Shown here: positions 1 to 11,055 of the stretch, piece after piece | How the letters are laid out: the number at the start of each line of letters is the position of its first letter | How positions within the stretch are numbered: position 1 is the stretch's first letter | Assembly (NCBI GenBank): GCA_963825865.1 | Contig: CAWGVG010000006.1 | Span: forward strand, 1 to 64,000 | Direction of reading: 5' to 3' | DNA: 64,000 nucleotides | DNA from: an uncultured Nitrososphaeraceae archaeon | GTDB lineage: Archaea > Thermoproteota > Nitrososphaeria > Nitrososphaerales > Nitrososphaeraceae | Notes under the pieces: model-generated | The model's input: only the letters and a program-made list of their open reading frames with translations | Database searches by the model: none | Told to the model about the DNA's origin: nothing | Position numbers and translations under genes: made by a program

Positions 1-359
1 TGCATCGATAGCTTTTTGCTATGTGTCATAAGGAATTGCTGCATTATTGACACGTGCATCTAGTCGTCCAAATTGTTGCTCTATTTGCTGTGCTATCCTA
101 CTAATATTACTTTGATTTGATATATCAAGCTGGAAAAATATACTTCCAATCCTTTATCAGCTAATTGTGAGGATGTAGAACGATTTCCAAATTTGAAAGA
201 AGGAAATTATAAACCAAATTGGAACCATCAGCATCCAAATTGGCTCAGAGATAAGGAAAAGGAAGGATAATGAAGGATAATCTTAACTTGCTTGCCTCTC
301 ATTTTTTATTTTGATTATTTAATAATAAAGTTGTATTCTTAAGGTAAGTCAATCTTCTT

Positions 360-851
360 TTATCTTATCAAATTACATATTATCGTACCCTTAAAACTAC
401 CCTTCTTGCCATCAAGAGAAGTAAATGATATTATTGTATCTTTTGTATTGCATTGTCCTGTTATACTGATATAATTAATTTTAACAGTATTACCGATTTT
501 GTTTACACTTTGGCAAATGTTGTCTTTACTCTCTGAACCTTTGATTGAGATGTCTTTCAGGCTGAGATGATAAATGAACCCCGCTAATAGAGCCGAAATT
601 AGTATCATCTGGTTGCAAGATTTAGTGCGCCAATACTCCAAATACCAGATGTTACTGTTTTTCCTGTCACCTCAAATTGGATTTGCTCATTATTGAAAGT
701 CAGACCGTTAGTACAAACAAGGGTTCCTGTTCCAAACCCACTAGCAACCTTGTTTGCACTTAAATCCATAACTAAAAGATGTTGGAGATAGAATTAAAAT
801 TGTAGCTAGTATAGTTATGCTTGTTAGCGTTGCTCTACTAGTATTGTTCAT
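360..851 (-). pseudogene. Frameshifted copy of secreted hypothetical protein (paralog of 32000..32536)
   Basis: ATG at 851 reads MNNTSRATLTSITILATILIL like 32000..32536. The C-terminus (SFTSLDGKKGSFKGTIICNLIR) is identical. Indels around 600-680 break the frame. Confidence 0.8.
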
Positions 852-965
852 ATATGTATAGTAGAATGGTTGCAAATCCTGGCTTTATAACGTCTATGGT
901 TAATATCTTAAAATATTGTCATTAACTTTTTTAATCATAATGAGTTATTCCGTATCCATGTAATG
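360..965. repeat. Inverted duplication, copy A (partner 31890..32536), including upstream promoter region
   Basis: The reverse complement aligns by eye with 31890..32536, e.g. TTAAAAAAGTTAATGACAATATTTTAAGATATTAACCATAG. Confidence 0.9.
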
Positions 966-1017
966 TCATTTAAATGAAAAAAACTATATAATTTACCGTA
1001 ATCATCTGATTATAAAA

Positions 1018-1620
1018 ATGAACAAGATATTCAGGTTTCAAAATAATAATAACAACTTCGTCGTGCATGCTACATTGGCTATAATTATGGCTGCTATAAT
1101 CGTATTGTCATTTTCAATGATATCAGGATCAACAATACTACCACTACAGACTTCAAACACGCTTGCTTTTGCATTACAGCAAACTGCTGCTAATAAATCA
1201 ACATCTACAATTGCAGATCAGAATGCAACATCTCATTTGAAACTTTTAAACCAAAGTAAAACAGCAGTAATAGAAAAAGCAATAGAATCACCTTTTACAG
1301 GCAATAAGACATTCTACTTGTTTAGCTCTGAGAATGAAGGAGTTAATGAAACAAAGTTAGGCATACCAGGTGATACATACAATTTACATACAATGGTTGT
1401 TCATAAAGGAGATAACGTAACTGTTCATTTCTATAATTTAGAAATTGATGAAAATGAAAGACATTCATTTACAATTGGAGCGCCATACAAAATAGATAGT
1501 GATTTAGCTGGGAACGAACACGCAGTTATAAAGTTTAAGGCAGATCATGAAGGCATATTTCAATACTTTTGTAAATACCATCCAGTAGCTATGACAGGGC
1601 AGTTAGTGATTATTCCATAG
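1018..1620 (+). CDS. Secreted/membrane-anchored cupredoxin (type-1 blue copper) domain protein
   Basis: N-terminal hydrophobic segment. Cupredoxin motifs VHKGDNVTVHFYN, H in ERHSF and G-x-F-x-Y-F-C-K-Y-H-P-x-x-M-T-G give the His/Cys/His/Met ligand set. Confidence 0.85.
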   Translation: MNKIFRFQNNNNNFVVHATLAIIMAAIIVLSFSMISGSTILPLQTSNTLAFALQQTAANKSTSTIADQNATSHLKLLNQSKTAVIEKAIESPFTGNKTFYLFSSENEGVNETKLGIPGDTYNLHTMVVHKGDNVTVHFYNLEIDENERHSFTIGAPYKIDSDLAGNEHAVIKFKADHEGIFQYFCKYHPVAMTGQLVIIP

Positions 1621-1967
1621 AACAAGTAGTTTGAACTAATAATTTTTTCAATTTTTGGCAATCAACTACAACAAACACAAATGAACTGAAGTTGTAATAT
1701 AATACCCTGTGTAACCTGTTATTACGTGCAAATAATGCTTACTAATAATTCCAAGAATAAGATTTGATAGCATCAGAAGCGGTTATTCCATTTGAAAATC
1801 ATTTAGAAGTAAAAGTCAGTTACTAGATCTGCTACTATATTTTACTATAGCCACGCGCTTACAATGACTGCTAGCCTCCCAAAGACTTTCTAAACTTGTA
1901 ATTGTTTAAATTCACTCTACGTATGTTTTGAATAATAAATATATTAATTGCTAGTTATCCCACACAT

Positions 1968-2189
1968 ATGTCTTCAGCTTCAGCCATAGGAGAGATTGTT
2001 GAATTTGTTGGTAGTTCTGATAAAAGTTGGGAAGATGCGGCTCAAACTGCAGTTAAAGAAGCAGTAAAGACAATTAGAAATGTACATGCAATAGAGGTTT
2101 TAGATATGACTGCGAAAGTAGATCCAAATACAGGAAATATCAAAGAATACAGAGTAGGTATAAAATTAGCATTTGGTGTTGAAAGGTAA
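1968..2189 (+). CDS. Dodecin family flavin-binding protein
   Basis: 73 aa with EFVGSSDKSWEDAAQTAVKEA and EYRVGIKLAF, the dodecin signature. Confidence 0.9.
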   Translation: MSSASAIGEIVEFVGSSDKSWEDAAQTAVKEAVKTIRNVHAIEVLDMTAKVDPNTGNIKEYRVGIKLAFGVER

Positions 2190-2514
2190 TAATATCATAT
2201 GGGGCGAGGAAAGTATCTGCTAATCAAAAAACAATTAACCTTTCTACTACTTATTCATCGCTTCAATGTCCTCATACTACTACTATATTCTATACTTATT
2301 AGTCATTAGCCATCGGAAAATAAGCAAAACCATCACGAGCTAATGATCCTTTGTACTTCAATAGCATTAGATGGTGATATTTTAGATGCTTTGTTTACTA
2401 ATGAGGTTGATGATGATGATGGGATTTTCATCTTTAATGATTTTGTCCTTCTTCTAGCTCTGCTACTGCTTTCAATACTTGCCATTATTACCAAGACCTC
2501 TCTCTTCTTTCTAT

Positions 2515-2658
2515 CTATTTTAATATGCCAATTTGCTTGTAGAAGCAAGGCTTTATCGATTTGTCATGTATCTTGCAGGCTGTAAAGTGCCATGCTGTTT
2601 CCAATGCGAAGAAGACTGATGCAAAGCCAAGACCTACGTATGCTATATTTTCTAACAT
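2515..2658 (-). CDS. Small membrane peptide, 47 aa (MLENIAYVGLGFASVFFALETAWHFTACKIHDKSIKPCFYKQIGILK)
   Basis: Hand-translated ATG 2658 to TAG 2515. One TM segment and two Cys. Frame is conserved in the duplicate at 39717..39860. Confidence 0.65.
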   Translation of the reverse strand: MLENIAYVGLGFASVFFALETAWHFTACKIHDKSIKPCFYKQIGILK

Positions 2659-2944
2659 AATTGTTCTAATATTTTTGAAGAATATAAGGCTGTTGGAGAA
2701 AATACTGAATAAATGAACATTATTCCTTACTTGTAATTAATATTTGTTAAGTTTAATTTCCAAAATGTCAGAATTATCATCCAATCGTAAAAGCAAGTTT
2801 TTACAGCATGCTGTTGGAAATAAAAGTAATAATTTATTCGATTGCATTCCTATCGAGAGAGGCAATACATCTAATACTAATGCCATATGTTCTGATAGTT
2901 AGTATTAGTGATCTAAGGTAGGATTTGTCGTTTACATTCATTAA

Positions 2945-3433
2945 ATGCCTCTTCATATTCATTACTATAGATTTACAAATAGAATGGTATTTGGGAATAT
3001 TACTTTACAATTGTTTAATATTGTTAGCAAAAGGTTTAAGTCTATCAACTACTTTCTGATCATAGTCGATAAGGCGAATATGAAAATGACCAACATGTCA
3101 ATAAAAAATGATGCTGCAGTTGTTGTTGCCAGACGATGGATGGTCAATAAGATCAAAGCGAAAATCACTACTGTTATTGATGCTGTTCCATTTAGTAGGT
3201 ATGGAAGGAGTACTCTTGAAGTGAATGATAACAACGATTTTAACATAACAGTAAAAGGAGAAAGATGCTCTTGTTGGTGTGTTCTGTTTATCGATGAAGG
3301 AGTGAAGATAGATGCAAAAATCATACACAAGGGAAGAGGCAAATTCAAAATCCTTGAAGACAGATACATGGGAAAATACATTAACAAAATAGTTGATGCA
3401 TCAGACGTTATCCGCTGTACTGAAATCTCATGA
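2945..3433 (+). CDS. Hypothetical protein (true start probably ~3080-3095)
   Basis: Open frame with a globular C-terminal part (GERCSCWCVLF...IVDASDVIRC). The duplicate copy is frameshifted. Confidence 0.6.
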   Translation: MPLHIHYYRFTNRMVFGNITLQLFNIVSKRFKSINYFLIIVDKANMKMTNMSIKNDAAVVVARRWMVNKIKAKITTVIDAVPFSRYGRSTLEVNDNNDFNITVKGERCSCWCVLFIDEGVKIDAKIIHKGRGKFKILEDRYMGKYINKIVDASDVIRCTEIS

Positions 3434-3628
3434 TGACAATAATAAGTCTCGTGTTTTTCTTTATGGTAATATGAAGTGTCAGTTACTTTAGATTCTATAG
3501 TATCTGCGTTAAGCTAATTAACACGTCATTTTTATGACCTATGTGCCTATCTTAGGTTCTGTTACGATGCACATTTGGAAAAATGGCTTCATTTAAACAG
3601 TTCTATATATATCTATCTATCTATCTAT

Positions 3629-4066
3629 CTATAGAAATCTAAAGTCCTCTTTTACTGTTACCAATACTATGTGACTATTGGTTCTATCAACAAATGGCAA
3701 TGATAGATCTTTTTTTACAAAATCGCTAAGGTCTTTACGATTTCTGAATTTTGCCACTATTATCATATCTGTTAATCCTGTAATGTCATATACAGCACAC
3801 ACATTTGGAAATCTTGATATGTGTTTTTCTACTTCTGTTATCTTGCCTTTTACAGCTGTAAGCTCAATTATTGCTGTTAGATCATAACCTAACTTTTCAT
3901 GATCTAACACAGCTGAATAGGATTTGATAATATGATTGCTCTCTAGCCTTTGCATTCTTGTAAGAACAGTAGGCGGCGAGACACCAATCTCTTCTGCTAT
4001 TTTTCTATATGACAATCGAGCGTCTGATAATACCTTTTTAAGTATTTTAACATCTGTTTCATCCAT
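3629..4066 (-). CDS. Lrp/AsnC family transcriptional regulator
   Basis: MDETDVKILKKVLSDARLSYRKIAEEIGVSPPTV HTH, followed by a RAM domain (VYDITGLTD). Confidence 0.95.
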   Translation of the reverse strand: MDETDVKILKKVLSDARLSYRKIAEEIGVSPPTVLTRMQRLESNHIIKSYSAVLDHEKLGYDLTAIIELTAVKGKITEVEKHISRFPNVCAVYDITGLTDMIIVAKFRNRKDLSDFVKKDLSLPFVDRTNSHIVLVTVKEDFRFL

Positions 4067-4453
4067 ATCAAATCTTTGACGATTAACTAACTAACAAATA
4101 AAAGTCATTCTAAGAGCTTTATTATTGAATATTAAGAATTACAGTATAAATCATTATATTTTTATTCTAAACCATTTATAGTGATTTTGTCATTCAATCA
4201 ATATGACATTACATCAGAGGTTTTTTGATGCAATAGCAAGAGGAAGATTTATCGGCTTCCTCTATAAATCGAAAGAGTAACATCAATGATGAACAAGATA
4301 CTGTAGGAGTAGCAAGTAAATCCGATGTATCTCCTAATACTCTAAGAGCAGATGAATGAACGGTGTCTATTGCAAAAAATAGCACCTTTTATGTAGTTCT
4401 AGTCTATATGAATAAGTTCTTACACGTCATGATCAACTTAGATATTCCATACA

Positions 4454-4969
4454 GTGTCATATCAATGCATTATGAGTGAATATGAAAATATGCGAGCTGC
4501 AGATATTATCGCAGAAGCCTTGATTGACTGGAAAGTCGATACTATTTTTGGCTTACCTGGTGACGGCATCAATGGATTTATGGAAGCGTTAAGGACACGA
4601 CAAGATAAAATAAAATTCATACTTGTTAGACATGAGGAATCAGGAGCATTTATGGCCTGTGCTTATTCAAAATACACAGGAAAACTTGGAGCATGTGTTG
4701 CTACTTCAGGACCAGGTGCAATCCATCTTTTAAATGGGCTATATGATGCCAAAGCAGATAATACACCTGTCATTGCCATTACAGGAAGCACCTATTCAGA
4801 TATGATAGGATCTGGTTATCAGCAGGATGTAAATCTATTACAACTATTTTCAGATGTGGCAGTTTATAACAATATGATAATTTCTCCAGAACAGGCCGAG
4901 ATGGTAGTTGACATTGCATGTCGACTTTTTATTACAATGAAGAAGACTTACCGAATAATATGTTTGTGA
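4454..4969 (+). pseudogene. 5' fragment of thiamine-pyrophosphate enzyme (pyruvate oxidase / acetolactate synthase-like)
   Basis: IFGLPGDG, VRHEESGAFMA and ATSGPGAIHLLNGLYDA motifs. Homology stops at DIACR (~4922); such enzymes are usually more than 500 aa. Confidence 0.85.
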
Positions 4970-5238
4970 TTCTAAAAAAACCAGAGAAAGAAAAAGAAAA
5001 GAATGGAACTTTATTTGTAAAGCGATTTATTATCTGTGTTAACCAGGCTGAATCTTTTTTATGACGAATACAATGAAGGATTATTAAAACCGCTGAATGT
5101 AAGGGAAGTTGGGATAACTACCAACTCACTAGGGTTTGATGATATTACATATGATGTTATCGATGATTTTGGTTGTAATATAGACCAGTTTGAATTAATA
5201 TTTGTAAAAAGATTTGGTTTTATGCTGATAGAAAAATA

Positions 5239-5451
5239 TTAGCCACCACCATTACCTTCACCGCCATTAGCATTATTAGCATGATGAACGCTGTTTACCC
5301 CATTGGCATTTCCGCCATGACCGCCATCTGCACTTCCACCATTAGCATTGTGACTAGATACTGCAAAGGCATTGCTTGTCATTGTCAAACTTAATCCTAT
5401 TGTCGCCATCGTTACGATTGCTATTACTGCAATTATTGTCTTGACTTCCAT
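5239..5451 (-). CDS. Small secreted Gly/Asn/His-rich peptide
   Basis: Signal peptide ending SNAFA, followed by repeated NANGG-type units. Confidence 0.65.
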   Translation of the reverse strand: MEVKTIIAVIAIVTMATIGLSLTMTSNAFAVSSHNANGGSADGGHGGNANGVNSVHHANNANGGEGNGGG

Positions 5452-5580
5452 ATTTTATTCTCTATTATTATATAGATTATATAAGCATTTTAATTTAATT
5501 TAGCTAGAATTAGTAATAGTTAGGGTTTTGCTGTAGAAGATACCACAGTCCCTTGTTCTATACTCTCTTCTTCATAATTA

Positions 5581-6300
5581 TTATTTTCTTTTGTTGGTTG
5601 TTTTAGGTTTGTTGTATATGGCTTCTTGTATTGTGCTAATTGCAGCTCTATTTGGGCTTCTCTTTGCTCTTGTCACTTTTGTCTTTCTAGTTTTATTTAG
5701 TTTGACTACTGGTTCTTCATCTAGAATACCATCTGCTCGACCAGTTGCATACAACGTTTCAAAATCCCCTGTTAGCCAGTCATGGTACGATTTACAACTA
5801 ATTTTTCTTTCACCCATACGTTCAACTATATATTGTGTAACGTTTGGCTGTGTCATAGTCCTCTTGTCGACACACCATTTGTGTAATTCATCCGCTTTCT
5901 CCTTTGTGAATGGGAATTCATAACCTGTTTGTACTTCACTTATGGGACCGTTCTTAATTACTGGTTGGTTGTCTTCATCAAATGCCCTGATTACTGTCCT
6001 CTGAGGGATAGGATATTTACCTAAATTAGTGCGCACGTATCGTTTAGGATTACCTAAACCATCAAGTCGGACTTCGCATAAATCATATAATATCACTTCC
6101 TGCTGGGTTTCATCTCCTTCGTCATTAGGAGCTAATTGAAGCCTAATAATACGATTAACAATAAATTTATTTTCTTTCTCTGGGGAGCTGCGGGTGACTT
6201 TCTTGAACCTTTCATAGGCTAAATCGAATGGATGCTTTGGGTAGACTTTCTCTATTGCCTTGTACATCTCTTCACCTTTTTTGCTAAAATAGTATTCCAT
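5581..6300 (-). CDS. Hypothetical protein (island-associated), basic C-terminal tail
   Basis: 239-aa open frame with normal composition and no recognised motif. Confidence 0.7.
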   Translation of the reverse strand: MEYYFSKKGEEMYKAIEKVYPKHPFDLAYERFKKVTRSSPEKENKFIVNRIIRLQLAPNDEGDETQQEVILYDLCEVRLDGLGNPKRYVRTNLGKYPIPQRTVIRAFDEDNQPVIKNGPISEVQTGYEFPFTKEKADELHKWCVDKRTMTQPNVTQYIVERMGERKISCKSYHDWLTGDFETLYATGRADGILDEEPVVKLNKTRKTKVTRAKRSPNRAAISTIQEAIYNKPKTTNKRK

Positions 6301-6915
6301 TATTATTTATCTTCTTCTCAGAATAGAATAACCGTTTGCAGACTTCAAAAGTGTTGTTTGCATTATGTTTTTAAACATCAGGTATCATAAAGTAATTGAT
6401 ATCAAGAAGAAGATGATAAAGACCACATACAATCAAAATGAAGATGCTTATCGACTAGCTGCGAACTAAATTATATCAGAGCAAATTCAGCATCAGTAAG
6501 TGAAAAAGACCAACGGCTATCTAATAACCTAAGAAATTATGCAATCATTCAAAGACAAAATGGCCAAGCAGATTCTGCTCTAGAAAAGATGTTAGAAAGT
6601 GCTAAAGCTTGCGAAGGACAAGATTATGCTAATTTCGTAAGAGAACATACTGCAATGATAATGCAAAAAGTCAAAGAACATGACGCATATCAAAAGAAGA
6701 ACTCATTTTATGAAGCATTACAAACTCGTAAATCTGATTGGTAGTGGAGTCGAATTAGATTAGAATGTCTGCGAAGGGACTTAAGAAATCAACATACAAA
6801 TCGCCTCCAAGTGTCACAGGCAACAGCGGCGATAATAATACATCTATCCAGTCAGACCGAAAAAAACAAACTGATACTATAGTAACAAAAAGAAGAGGAG
6901 GCAAAAGCAAGTAAC

Positions 6916-7128
6916 ATGAAACAAAAAACTCATGTAACTCCTAAGAAATCTCCTACCAATAAACAAGCAGATACACTTTTGAGACAGATTAAAACAGAAA
7001 ATGCTATCAAGGACTTGGCAAAATCAAACCGACAAAAGGGTATTATTGCACCAAAGTCTTTGACTGTGTCTACTTCAGAAAAAGCAACAGCAACACCGAC
7101 AACAACAACAAAATCCAAGAAAAAATAA
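6916..7128 (+). CDS. Small basic hypothetical protein
   Basis: 70-aa Lys/Thr-rich ORF, co-oriented with the two following ORFs. Confidence 0.45.
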   Translation: MKQKTHVTPKKSPTNKQADTLLRQIKTENAIKDLAKSNRQKGIIAPKSLTVSTSEKATATPTTTTKSKKK

Positions 7129-7155
7129 TTATTATTATTATTAATCATCATCGTT

Positions 7156-7449
7156 ATGTTTCCTTTTGACTATATTTTTAATAATAACAAATCGGAAGAA
7201 GCAAGGAAAAGATATTTTGAATTTATGAAGTCACCAGATGCTTATGAAAAAGAGGTATTTACTCTGAGAATTAAAGAACTTGAAAAATGTCTTGAAGAAA
7301 GTAGAGAATTGTATCATTCAACAAGTGAATCAGATTATGTTACACGCTCTATGATTTTAAGGGAGATTGAAAGTCTTGGTGTAACTTTGGCAATGTTAAA
7401 AAATGAACATCAATTATGGAAGCAGCACCGTGTGACTATAAGCAAATAA
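7156..7449 (+). CDS. Hypothetical protein (coiled coil)
   Basis: 97-aa ORF, tightly spaced in a + strand run. Confidence 0.55.
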   Translation: MFPFDYIFNNNKSEEARKRYFEFMKSPDAYEKEVFTLRIKELEKCLEESRELYHSTSESDYVTRSMILREIESLGVTLAMLKNEHQLWKQHRVTISK

Positions 7450-7455
7450 GTAATA

Positions 7456-7704
7456 ATGGTAATGATAACGAATAGAAGTAGTAAAAGAAGACTACAAGAA
7501 GAACGTTCTTTATATTTTCATGATAGGTGCAAGGAAATACATTTGATGTTGCAGGATTGTTTGATATATCCAAGACATTTAAAAGATGATGAAACCCTTC
7601 TTAAAAAATTAAAGATACTAAATTATGCTCTAGCAGAATTTGAGGATATCTGCAATAGAATGATTATTTCTAAAAGTAGTCATAATAATAGCAACAACAA
7701 GTAG
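7456..7704 (+). CDS. Hypothetical protein
   Basis: 82-aa ORF starting 6 nt after the previous stop. Confidence 0.5.
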   Translation: MVMITNRSSKRRLQEERSLYFHDRCKEIHLMLQDCLIYPRHLKDDETLLKKLKILNYALAEFEDICNRMIISKSSHNNSNNK

Positions 7705-7836
7705 TAACTAACTTACCATTTTATATTTATAAACATGAAAAATGATAATGGTATCATAATTTATTAACACATATACATAACAACAACAACTTAACTTTTT
7801 ATTTGACTAACCTGTTATTGTATAATGTTACCTAAT

Positions 7837-8869
7837 TGTTGTACTTGCACAGATAGGTTACATTATTAAGTACCTACATGGGTTACACTTTGTTGCTTAG
7901 TTCTTATACTTATGGTGGATGTAATTAATCTTTGTAGAAACATCTCTGATGGAGTAAGACCATTTATGCCTCCATGTTCTCTAGTTTCATTGTACGCTTT
8001 TACAAACATGTCATATCTTAGCTTACCATCATCTATGTTTGGTATATCTTCTATTGCTAGAAACTCATTTTTCACTGTCTTGTTATATGCTTCTATTTTC
8101 CCTTGTAGCTGTGGGTAAGATTTTGGTATTTGCTTATCCTTTATCTGATTGTGTACAAGGAAATGTCTGAACATTTTGGATGTAAACTGCTTTCCATTGT
8201 CATGCATTACATTTTCAGGCTTGCCATTAATGATTATCAAGTCCTCTAATACATCTAGAACATCCACTAATCTTTTTCTTTCAGACCATCTGCTTCCTAC
8301 CATTCTTGAACAATCATCTAGACAGCTGATGATATAATTTCTTTGACTAGAATTACTCAGATAGAAAGGGCCAAGGATATCCATCTGTACCATCTCATTT
8401 GGATGCCTCATTGCGAACCGTTTGTATTTTCTTATTTTAGCTTGACATTTGAGGACGTTAAGACCATGTCGCTTTAGTATCTTGTAGATAGTTCTGCTGC
8501 TTAACGAGATTCCAACAACCTTTCTTAATCTAAACTTGATCCTATTACATCCAAATCTTTTGGTTAGTCGTAGATCAAGTATTGTCTCTTCTATTTTTGA
8601 TGTTACCTTTCTATATGGAGTATTATGAGGTATTTTAGAGTTATCTGATAAACCTTCTATCCCTTTCTGTTTGTATCTGTTATTCCACTTGTAGTAAGTC
8701 TTTCTGGATGTACCGTATCTTTTGCAAATAATAGATACTGTATCGCCAGTCCATTCTTTTTCATGTATTAGATTGAACTTTTTTCTTATTTCTATATGGA
8801 TACATTCCTGACAGCAGAAGTGTAACCCATGTCGGTAAGCTATAATCTCACCTATTTAGAAGTACAACA
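7837..8869 (-). mobile_element. IS481-family insertion sequence, copy 1
   Basis: Ends TGTTGTACTT...AAGTACAACA. 6-bp target duplication CCTAAT at 7831..7836 and 8870..8875. Encodes an rve/DDE transposase. Confidence 0.92.
7866..8806 (-). pseudogene. IS481 transposase (HTH + integrase core); start codon out of frame
   Basis: QMDILGP, LDDCSR, HDNGKQF, PQLQGKIEAYNK motifs. The frame stays open upstream to ~8795 (HTH SRKTYYKW) but the ATG near 8806 is shifted by one base. Confidence 0.85.
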
Positions 8870-8879
8870 CCTAATTACC

Positions 8880-9058
8880 ATGAGCAAGTTAACACAAATC
8901 CAAAAACAGCAACTAAAGGATTTATTCATTGATGCAACAGTTCGCAGATTAATGGCTTTAGAGATGCAAAACGAGATACAGGAAAAGATGCAGGTAACAA
9001 TTACTATAGATTATCTCAGACATATCAAGAGTGATATTAGTATTGACATGGCTAAACA
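8880..9058 (+). pseudogene. Truncated paralog of the 9890..10537 protein
   Basis: MSKLTQIQKQQLKDLFIDATVRRLMALEMQNEIQEKMQVTITIDYLRHIK matches SKLTIPQKQQLKDLVIDAIVKRLTSLEMQNEVQNKMQITITQDYLRHVK. Upstream sequences at ~7700 and ~9766 are also homologous. Confidence 0.75.
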
Positions 9059-9232
9059 ACAACCGCTACCGCCACTACCGCTATTGGCTACAGCAAAAGC
9101 CATTTGACTATGGTCTAACATTCCAATTGCTGTTCCAATAGCCATTGTTATTCCTAAACCAACAGTAAAAGTTACCAGCTTTGGATGAACTGTCATTGCA
9201 TTCATGATTTTGTTTTTTATGGACATATCCAA
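9011..9232 (-). CDS. Small secreted peptide with HPKLVTF-x-x-GL-x-ITMAIGTAIGMLD leader; 3' end probably a junction product
   Basis: Hydrophobic leader ending MAFA, then a Gly/Ser-rich stretch. The tail overlaps the antisense paralog fragment. Confidence 0.6.
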   Translation of the reverse strand: MDMSIKNKIMNAMTVHPKLVTFTVGLGITMAIGTAIGMLDHSQMAFAVANSGSGGSGCCLAMSILISLLICLR

Positions 9233-9302
9233 GCAGGATTACCATTGTTTAGTATATACGGTTAACTACAGATAGCTCATTAACTATTCTAATACTCTGC
9301 TA

Positions 9303-9627
9303 TTGCCAGCATTAGCAAAGAAATTGAATATGATGGATTCAATTCAAACAGATATGGCAAATATGAAAAATGAGCAAGAAAAAATGAAGTCATTGAAAGC
9401 AAGTCTGGATGAATTTGTAGAACAGAGAAAACAAGAGATTGAGAGTCAAAAGCAGGAAACCATGGATGAAACAAAAAAAGTTTACCAGGAATTACGTGAG
9501 TTTTTACATGCTAGAATCATATTTAATTGAAGAAATCAAAGAAGTCAAAAAATTACAAGCAATGAATCATGATATGTTAGATTTTTTAAGAACAGCAGGT
9601 AGCATGGCTATATATGGAATATTGTGA
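9303..9627 (+). pseudogene. Coiled-coil hypothetical protein, split over two frames
   Basis: Overlapping ORFs 9303..9530 and 9439..9627 with heptad-rich composition. Confidence 0.45.
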
Positions 9628-9889
9628 AAGAAACAATATCCCCTTACCAGATTTGAGCAAAGCGAAGCTTTTCTTAAGACATCTGGTGACATCCTTGAAA
9701 GGAGATATCCAACTGAAAATCAACAACGGAATACAACAACAGGGAGATTCAACAGAACCATAATAAGTAGTAACTAACTTACTATTTTATATTAATTACA
9801 ATAAAAATGGCTTATATAAGCATAGTTTACTAACCAACCATTTTACTTTTATTTAACTATGAATATATAATATAACAGTAAACTACTTC

Positions 9890-10537
9890 CATAGTAAATT
9901 AACAATCCCCCAAAAACAGCAATTAAAAGACCTGGTAATTGATGCAATCGTAAAAAGGTTGACATCATTGGAGATGCAAAATGAGGTACAGAATAAAATG
10001 CAAATAACAATTACCCAGGATTATCTTAGGCATGTTAAACTTTCTATTAAAAATGATAGGAAGCAGACTTTTGAAGAACTTCGCAAAGACCGTTATCTTT
10101 ACATAAATTCAATCTTCTTTGATAGGGTCGAAGAACTTCGGTATATGCAAAAGGTATTGCACCAGGTTATAGAGACAAATGAAGACGATGGCGACATACA
10201 GATTAAAGCAGTAGTGCAATTGCAAAGTATAACGAATCAACTTGAGTCATATTATGTGGCTTTGCCAAAAGTTTACAAGTGGAATCTGCGGATATCAATA
10301 CATTGTTTCCTTAATCCTAATACTAATACTAATAATAATTCGTCTTCGCTTAATAGTTCTGCTGTTGTTGTAGTTAATAATAATAATCCTAATAGGTGGT
10401 GTGAAAGGTGTAATCGTGAACATCCACTAGATAAGGAAGGTTTCAAAAAGTGTCCCGAATTTAAAGTTGGAATGGATTATGAAGATGAACCAGGGTATTA
10501 TGAAAGAGAAGATTATGACCTTGAGCGAAAGTTTTGA
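9890..10537 (+). CDS. Hypothetical helical protein with N-terminal HTH-like region and C-terminal Zn-finger-like motif (CERC..H..C)
   Basis: ORF 9959..10537. Homology to the 8880 paralog extends upstream to ~9890, where the ATG appears lost. Confidence 0.6.
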   Translation, partial: HSKLTIPQKQQLKDLVIDAIVKRLTSLEMQNEVQNKMQITITQDYLRHVKLSIKNDRKQTFEELRKDRYLYINSIFFDRVEELRYMQKVLHQVIETNEDDGDIQIKAVVQLQSITNQLESYYVALPKVYKWNLRISIHCFLNPNTNTNNNSSSLNSSAVVVVNNNNPNRWCERCNREHPLDKEGFKKCPEFKVGMDYEDEPGYYEREDYDLERKF

Positions 10538-11055
10538 TACAGCAACAGCAATAACAACAACAACAACTATCGGGGATTGACATTCTGACTTATAGGATAG
10601 GGGGAGTTATTCTATACTATCTTATCAAAAACGATAATTGCTTCTTCGTCATTAACTTAGTCTATTATGAATAATATTACTAGTAGTAGAAAAAAACCAG
10701 GAAGGCCAAAAACATATGATAGTGTCAATGGGATAAATTTAGGCGAGTGTTTGTTTTCTATAAAGTTATAATAAAAATTTGATATCACTCCAACAATCTA
10801 TAGTTCAAGATACGAACTACTGTGTGAAATGTTGGAGGACAGAAATAATGGAAAAAGAATATCATGATTTATTGGACGATGAGATAAGGCGTTTTTGGGA
10901 AGGCAAGATACACTATCGAAAATTAATCAGTAGTAGTTGAAGAAGAAGAACCCTCTCCCTACTAACTCTAACTATAATTCTTTCATATTTACCAATTGTT
11001 CTATTATACAATTGATGGTATCTTTGGAACTATTATTCATCAAACATTGTTTACC

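Larger units (their letters stand above)
2289..3511. repeat. Inverted duplication, copy A (~1.22 kb; partner 38863..40085)
   Basis: Near-identical reverse complement of 38863..40085, with matching ORFs in both copies. Confidence 0.95.

Noticed and set aside
2333-2585. ORFs 2333..2548 and 2343..2585 and their duplicates near 39800-40075
   Set aside because: Low-complexity overlapping frames whose starts and ends differ between the copies. The 47-aa ORF explains the region better.
3604-3632. (ATCT)n tract, plus the many (AAT)n, (AAC)n and (GAT)n runs
   Set aside because: Simple-sequence slippage is common throughout this AT-rich DNA and there is no evidence of a phase-variation role.
9011-9070. 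GSGGSGCC as a thiazole/oxazole RiPP core
   Set aside because: The Cys-Cys and the following tail are probably the antisense of the truncated paralog (KQQ codons). No YcaO or other modifying enzyme is nearby.
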